Both the position numbers and the translations under genes were made by a program. From Raillietiella orientalis (lineage: Eukaryota), in contig JAYWIR010000018.1 of the NCBI GenBank assembly GCA_036172245.1, forward strand, positions 2,914,001-2,978,000: 64,000 nt of DNA. The letters run 5' to 3'. A model generated the notes under the pieces. It was not told the DNA's origin and searched no databases. It worked only from the letters and a program-made list of their open reading frames with translations. Each line of letters begins with the position of its first letter. Within the stretch, counting starts at the first letter, position 1. This document shows, one piece after another, positions 60,101 to 64,000 of this stretch.

Positions 60101-63100
60101 CGTAACCCCCTTCCTTCCCCGCCCACCCCACACACACACACACCAAAAAAAAAAAAAAATTCAAAAAGGATGCCTCATTGCTAGGATGATCAACAAACCA
60201 GAACCCAGAAGCCAACGATCGTGAAGAAGTTGCAAATTAAACGAATCAGTCACGGACAATTCATCATCCGGTAATTGAATTCCGTATTTGTACACTCTTG
60301 GAGAATACGCCTCCATAGGTTGCTGGGAAACATGACTAAGTGAAAGGACAACCCGATCGAGGACGTATGAAATGAAAACCATAGGCAACGGACACGCTTT
60401 CCGTTGCGCTTCACAAAAAAAACCCAAAAACTTCACTGGGACGTCCGTTGAACCTGGTGCAAGGATGGCACCTCCACAGGTGAAAGGGGAACACATCTGA
60501 CGCTGCTTAGCTTGGTACTTATGATGCAGCTCAATTCAAGATCCGAGAACATGTTTGTGAAACTCATCCATGGATGAAAGGTTTCTCCTCATTTGATCGA
60601 TTTCCTCATTTGTGTGTTTGTTTTTTTCATAATGTTTGCCAGTCAGAATAAAATGAAGTGCTGCGAGTTAACTGCAAGAAGGATTTCATTTCCGAAGAGG
60701 TCTTTCTAGAGGAGGGTTCCTCAAGATGCTTTTGAGCAATGAGTGTCTTTCTTGAATTTCTATCGTAGTGATGCTTCATAGCAGAAACTTTAAACGAACC
60801 ATATTCAATCCAGCAATCATCACTGATGCTTAATAGTTTTTTTTTTTTCCAGCTTTTGTGGAAAGGGCACGAGAGCAATGATTTAAAATCGATTTCTGAT
60901 TTCCGATAACCAGTAAATCGGAGATAAATGTCAAATTAGCATTGAGAGGGAATGATCGGTTCGATCTCTCGTTTTCAAGCGAATATCCGCAAAGGCATGA
61001 AATCCATCAGCAGCAACTGCTGGACCGGTTTTGGTGAAAATCATCGGAGTCAACTGAAAGCTGCCGGGAAGGGGGGGGGGAGGGTAGGGGAAGAGAAACT
61101 GAGCCGAAAAGGCGAAACTGGAAATTCAAATAGGTTTCAATAAGCAAACGTCCAAGTTCCTGGCACTTTTCCAAAGCATTTCAGTTAGTTACATAAATAC
61201 AATTTACTACAAGTTCAGATTCCATTGGATGAAGTCGGTCCTGTAATTCATTGGACGAGCTTGGGAATGCTGTTCATTTTCCATGGTAATGTGTCCACAG
61301 CATGCAAAGCAAGGATGCTTCCTCTAGCTTCCATATTGCCATTCCTCTTTTTCTGCTCGATTTCTTTTCTTTCCTCAGTTAGGTTCCCTGGATATGCCTT
61401 GATTCGTCATATGTGCTGTGCGTGTGTGGGCTGTGCGTGCGTGCTTGGGTCCGTTTCTCTTCTGCACAGGACAAAAGGAAAAGGAGTTGAAGCAAGATCC
61501 AACATTAGATTCTTCGAAATTGGTTGCATTAGCGGGCTGGGGACAATTTTCTTTATGATTACGTTTCAAATGCTACTTGCTCAACATGGAAGACTGCTTT
61601 GTTCTTGCTAATACGCATTTTAATGAGCCTCATCACCGTCCTCGAACAGCAACATTAAAGAGAACGTCGTCTCCTTTTGTTGTGCAACGCAGTCGTTGGT
61701 ACGATCTCAGCAGAAGAAGGAACCATCTGAACAAACCAAGACGAACAGATCACGTGGAGACCGCACTTTGAGATCGCCTCCTCGGTTAGGATCGCAAAGA
61801 CGTAATTTTTTTTTGACATGCTTTTGAGTTCAATGACCAAGAATGCATGGTAGTTAACAAAACACAACTCTCATTGGTTGCCACGATAATCAAAGGATGT
61901 TTTCCTTTTTGACTCCTCTGAGAACGTTGTGGGAGAGTTGGCTGCTGAACTACAACCCACGCTACCCTGGAACATTCCCGGAGTTTCGCCATTCTCGAAA
62001 GTAACAGTAAGTGATACTAGAAAACGAGTGAAGAACCAACTGTCGGTGCGTTTGGCTCACAATGACAAAGAAAAAGTAAGTCATCTGCATCCCATTCGTT
62101 CAAAGGAGATTCACAAGACAAGGAGGATCATAGGGAACTAAGAAAGAAGGGAGGAGGTTACATCTCTTCGTATGCTTCATGTGTGTGTACGTAAGATGAT
62201 TGATGTTCCGATTACTGTGTTGCCTTTTTCCATCACCACTAGAAACGAATTCGAAAACCATGTTACCTACACTGACATTAGGGATGAATTTTGAGCAATC
62301 TATAGCACTATAAACATGGTGACTCCTGCAATTTTCTTCCCCATCGTCTACAATAACGGATGCAGTACTTCACAAGCACATCGCGCTACGGCCCATTCTC
62401 CAAAGCACGCATCCATCTGTTTTCCGAAAGGTGCAACCACCACCACTCTTCCAAAGAGAAAAACATCGAATTACTACAACCTTGGGAGTTGCGGCAACCG
62501 CTACCGCTTGCTGTACGCTCGCTCAAACTCTCGCATAGATTATAAGCCACCGTCAAATGCCGTTAACAGTGGGAGATCTTTTGGCTCGGGAAAATCACGT
62601 TTTTCAATCATTCAGCGAGCTGCGAAATGCTCGCAAAGACACGCTAAGGGTTTCCAAGGCAATGAGGACAAGCAGGGCGATCCCAGAGAGATCATTAAAA
62701 GTTTGAACATGCAAGTAATGGATTCAGAAGATTTTGCGATGTCTGATCTTCGATCGTGCTGGTCAGCATGAAATCAAAGAAATCAAAAGAAGATTGAAGT
62801 GAGGGAGACCTTAGGATAAAGCTCCGGGAATCTGGAACACTTTCTGAGTATTAGATATTTCGAAACTGCAGCTTGCATCTTATCGATGCAAGGAACATTG
62901 ATTTCCCGCAGCATGATGAAGAATTCGTTTCCTGATACATGGAGATTACATGGTCCAGCCGCTCTAATTATCCATTCATTTTAAGGAAATAGGTTGCGTG
63001 CTCCGAAGAAACAATAATCCTGGAGCTTGGAATTTCCCAAGCTCTGTGATCTCGTAAAGGGGGAAAGGGGGGGGGATTGGGATGAAGGAAAAGAAACGTT

Positions 63101-64000
63101 CGTGCTGTGTCAAGGTGGAGTGCCGACGGGAAACGCAGCAACAAGCTCCACCTCAGTTGCAAATTACGGAGTCGTCGTGATACCAGCGAAGACAGTCAGC
63201 ATTCCAGCTGCAGAAGCCCCTCGCAGCTCTGAAGATCCAGGAGCACGGATGACAGTCGAAGCAGAACACACCCGCATTACCTACATCCCAGATTTTCGCG
63301 AACCACTTCACCACCCTGGGGAAAGTTTGCATGGGGCGAAAGGGTCGTCGAGGGTCAGTCTTTCACGAGCCTTCTCTTCTTTCCTTGCGAAGCTTCTTCT
63401 GCTTCCCGCTCACAAGAGATTTCGCGAAAACCTTCCCAATGCTCGAATTCCTTGGGTTTTCCACCTTCCAAACACGGGCCGCTGCATGTCCGTTCGTAGG
63501 GGGCCTTTCCGCTGGAATTCGGTCCAGTTTTTTTCTTCAGGTTGAACGAGATGAGTTGAGAGTTGGGAGAGTTCAGAGTTAGTACGAGGGCACATAAAGT
63601 CAGAAGCTTCCTTTGGGAAAAAACACACACACAAAAAAAAGAAGCATTCCCGGCTCGTGTCCTTCCGATACCTTAGTTGTTCGGTTTTTTTGCCTTTCCT
63701 TTTTTAATCCGAGAGGACCGAGGTCGAGGGGAGCTGAACACTTTGACAGGGTCAACCCTTGTTTCCTTGTCCAGCCTGCTCCAAAAAAAAATAATCAAGC
63801 TCCAAACGGAGGCCAGCATCCTTACAAGGATGCAGAGGATGCCCTTCAGCACCCGGGTATCCCTTCTCGAACCTCCCAATTTTTTGTTTATGCATTTTTT
63901 GTGTTTTTTTTAGTTGTCTCCCGACAGCAGAGGAGTCGCAGCAGTGGTCGACAGTAGAGGAGGAGCCCTCTGCTGTCGATTCGAACCTCGCCGGCTGCGC

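Noticed and set aside
1..64000. CRISPR arrays, rRNA genes or prokaryotic operons
   Set aside because: No regularly spaced repeats or rRNA signatures were seen; spliceosomal introns show the DNA is eukaryotic.

Overview
Eukaryotic (invertebrate animal) genomic DNA. Most of the window is one multi-exon minus-strand gene for a laminin-G/EGF protein of the pikachurin (EGFLAM)/Drosophila SP2353 type. I assembled 12 coding exons by hand from 51191 down to the stop codon at 878-880. All introns are GT-AG and phase-compatible, giving about 759 aa with the order EGF-linker-EGF-LamG-EGF-LamG-EGF-LamG. The start codon and signal-peptide exon were not found. The introns carry: a tRNA-headed, poly(A)-tailed SINE-like family (one copy with a perfect 18-bp target-site duplication); a 1.6-kb inverted duplication (18928-20537 / 44010-45619) with a near-identical core and diverged edges that brackets three coding exons; a diverged copy of one of the gene's own splice acceptors and exon starts; an AT-rich long palindrome; and a small hairpin-plus-CTAG motif with compensatory changes. 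Most other ORFs in the track look like chance frames in GC-rich intron DNA. All identities were estimated by eye and no database searches were run.
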